47,250 nucleotides of DNA from IMG/VR virus record IMGVR_UViG_3300049930_000030, positions 1-47,250 of that record. One strand, 5' to 3'. Below, piece by piece: positions 46,585-47,250 of the stretch. Position 1 is the stretch's first letter. Every line of letters begins with the position of its first letter. A model generated the notes under the pieces. It was not told where the DNA came from and ran no database searches. It saw only the letters and a list, made by a program, of their open reading frames with translations. This DNA comes from a virus (lineage: Duplodnaviria > Caudoviricetes). The translations under genes and the position numbers were made by a program.

Positions 46585-46770
46585 CTAGAGGCGTGCTTGG
46601 CTCAGGTAGGCGAAAAACCCAACCGCCTTAAGCAGCCACACGATCAGGACGCCAACGACGGCGAAGTTCATAATCGACTTTACCTTGGCGTCCATCGGAA
46701 TGTAGGAGTTGATAAGCCACAGGGCTACACCAACCACGACGAACACAATCAGGATCATCAGGATCGACAT
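46585..46770 (-). CDS. Two-TM small membrane protein, Thivi_2564-like
   Basis: VVGVALWLINSYIPM..KSIMN..VV..WLL pattern; GGAGG RBS. Confidence 0.75.
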   Translation of the reverse strand: MSILMILIVFVVVGVALWLINSYIPMDAKVKSIMNFAVVGVLIVWLLKAVGFFAYLSQARL

Positions 46771-46783
46771 GCGACCTCCAAGT

Positions 46784-46812
46784 AAAAAGGCCAGCCCCCG
46801 TAAGGACTGGCC
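46784..46812 (-). terminator. Intrinsic terminator
   Basis: GGCCAGTCC-loop-GGGCTGGCC-TTTTT on the minus strand. Confidence 0.8.
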
Positions 46813-46834
46813 CCTGGTCTAGTGCTTCACGAAA

Positions 46835-47143
46835 CTACAGGTCAGACTGCGGGCTGCCGACCGACAGGTTGAGCGCACGCGGTGCACCAGAGGCATACGA
46901 AACCTCAAGGCTCTCGCCCGCGTAACCGGGCGCCGAGACGCTGATGATGGCCGAGCCCGACTCACCAGGAGTGAGAACGAACGCGCTGCGGCCGTCCTCC
47001 TGTTCCTCGATGCCCACCGAAGGGTCCGAGGACGAGAACGAAACATCAACGCTGGCGTCGTCAGAACCGTCCGCGTTCTTGGGGGCTACCGAGATAAGAA
47101 CCTTCTCGGTATCGAGCAGCTTGACCGGAGGAAGCTGAGGCAT
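46835..47143 (-). CDS. Ig-like domain protein (internal start MPQLPP; longer form starts at 127)
   Basis: VSFSSSDPSV resembles Big_2 Ig folds; GAAAGGA RBS. Confidence 0.7.
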   Translation of the reverse strand: MPQLPPVKLLDTEKVLISVAPKNADGSDDASVDVSFSSSDPSVGIEEQEDGRSAFVLTPGESGSAIISVSAPGYAGESLEVSYASGAPRALNLSVGSPQSDL

Positions 47144-47172
47144 GGGTGATTCCTTTCGTTGAGTGAAAAACT

Positions 47173-47250
47173 TGATTCCGAGTTGCAACTTCCCCGCCCT
47201 CTGCGCAACAGGGCGTAGGAAGATTAGAAGCACCAGCCAGTAGATGCGGC
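47173..47250. repeat. Terminal exact repeat of 1-78
   Basis: Identical to bases 1-78. Confidence 0.95.

Noticed and set aside
47173-47250. Biological direct terminal repeat
   Set aside because: The 78-nt exact overlap falls inside a gene and has k-mer-like length; assembler circularisation is the simpler explanation
1-47250. Integrase, repressor, tRNA or alternative genetic code
   Set aside because: None recognised; genes read fully in the standard code and end with all three stop codons

Overview
This window is an apparently complete, circularly assembled tailed phage genome of about 47,172 bp; bases 1-78 are repeated exactly at 47173-47250. The architecture is podovirus-like and probably lytic, with no integrase, repressor, RNA polymerase, tape measure or tRNA recognised. 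A minus-strand late arm runs from 23060 through the origin to 46585: TerS candidate, endonuclease VII, TerL, DEDDy exonuclease, portal, scaffold, DUF5309/SU10-type major capsid, two paralogous decoration proteins, adaptor, Asp-box propeller, nozzle, fibre, three ejection-type proteins, then membrane/lysis genes. A plus-strand early/replication arm (23512-46325) carries many small accessory genes, an inverted AAA_25 helicase, Cas4-like nuclease, RepB-type primase, Sak4-like ATPase, SSB candidate, family-4 UDG-like gene, a C5 methyltransferase split over two overlapping frames, family A DNA polymerase and an M15A endolysin. The most notable observations are four. (1) TerL has intact ATPase motifs but an apparently dead nuclease domain, and overlaps two intact stand-alone nuclease genes. 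(2) An asymmetric octamer, CGCTCCGG/CCGGAGCG, occurs at least 35 times genome-wide. (3) A roughly 195-nt multibranched ncRNA candidate lies at 46323-46516. (4) The methyltransferase is a nested alpha/beta pair inserted between UDG and PolA. All family calls are by-eye motif recognition; no searches were run.
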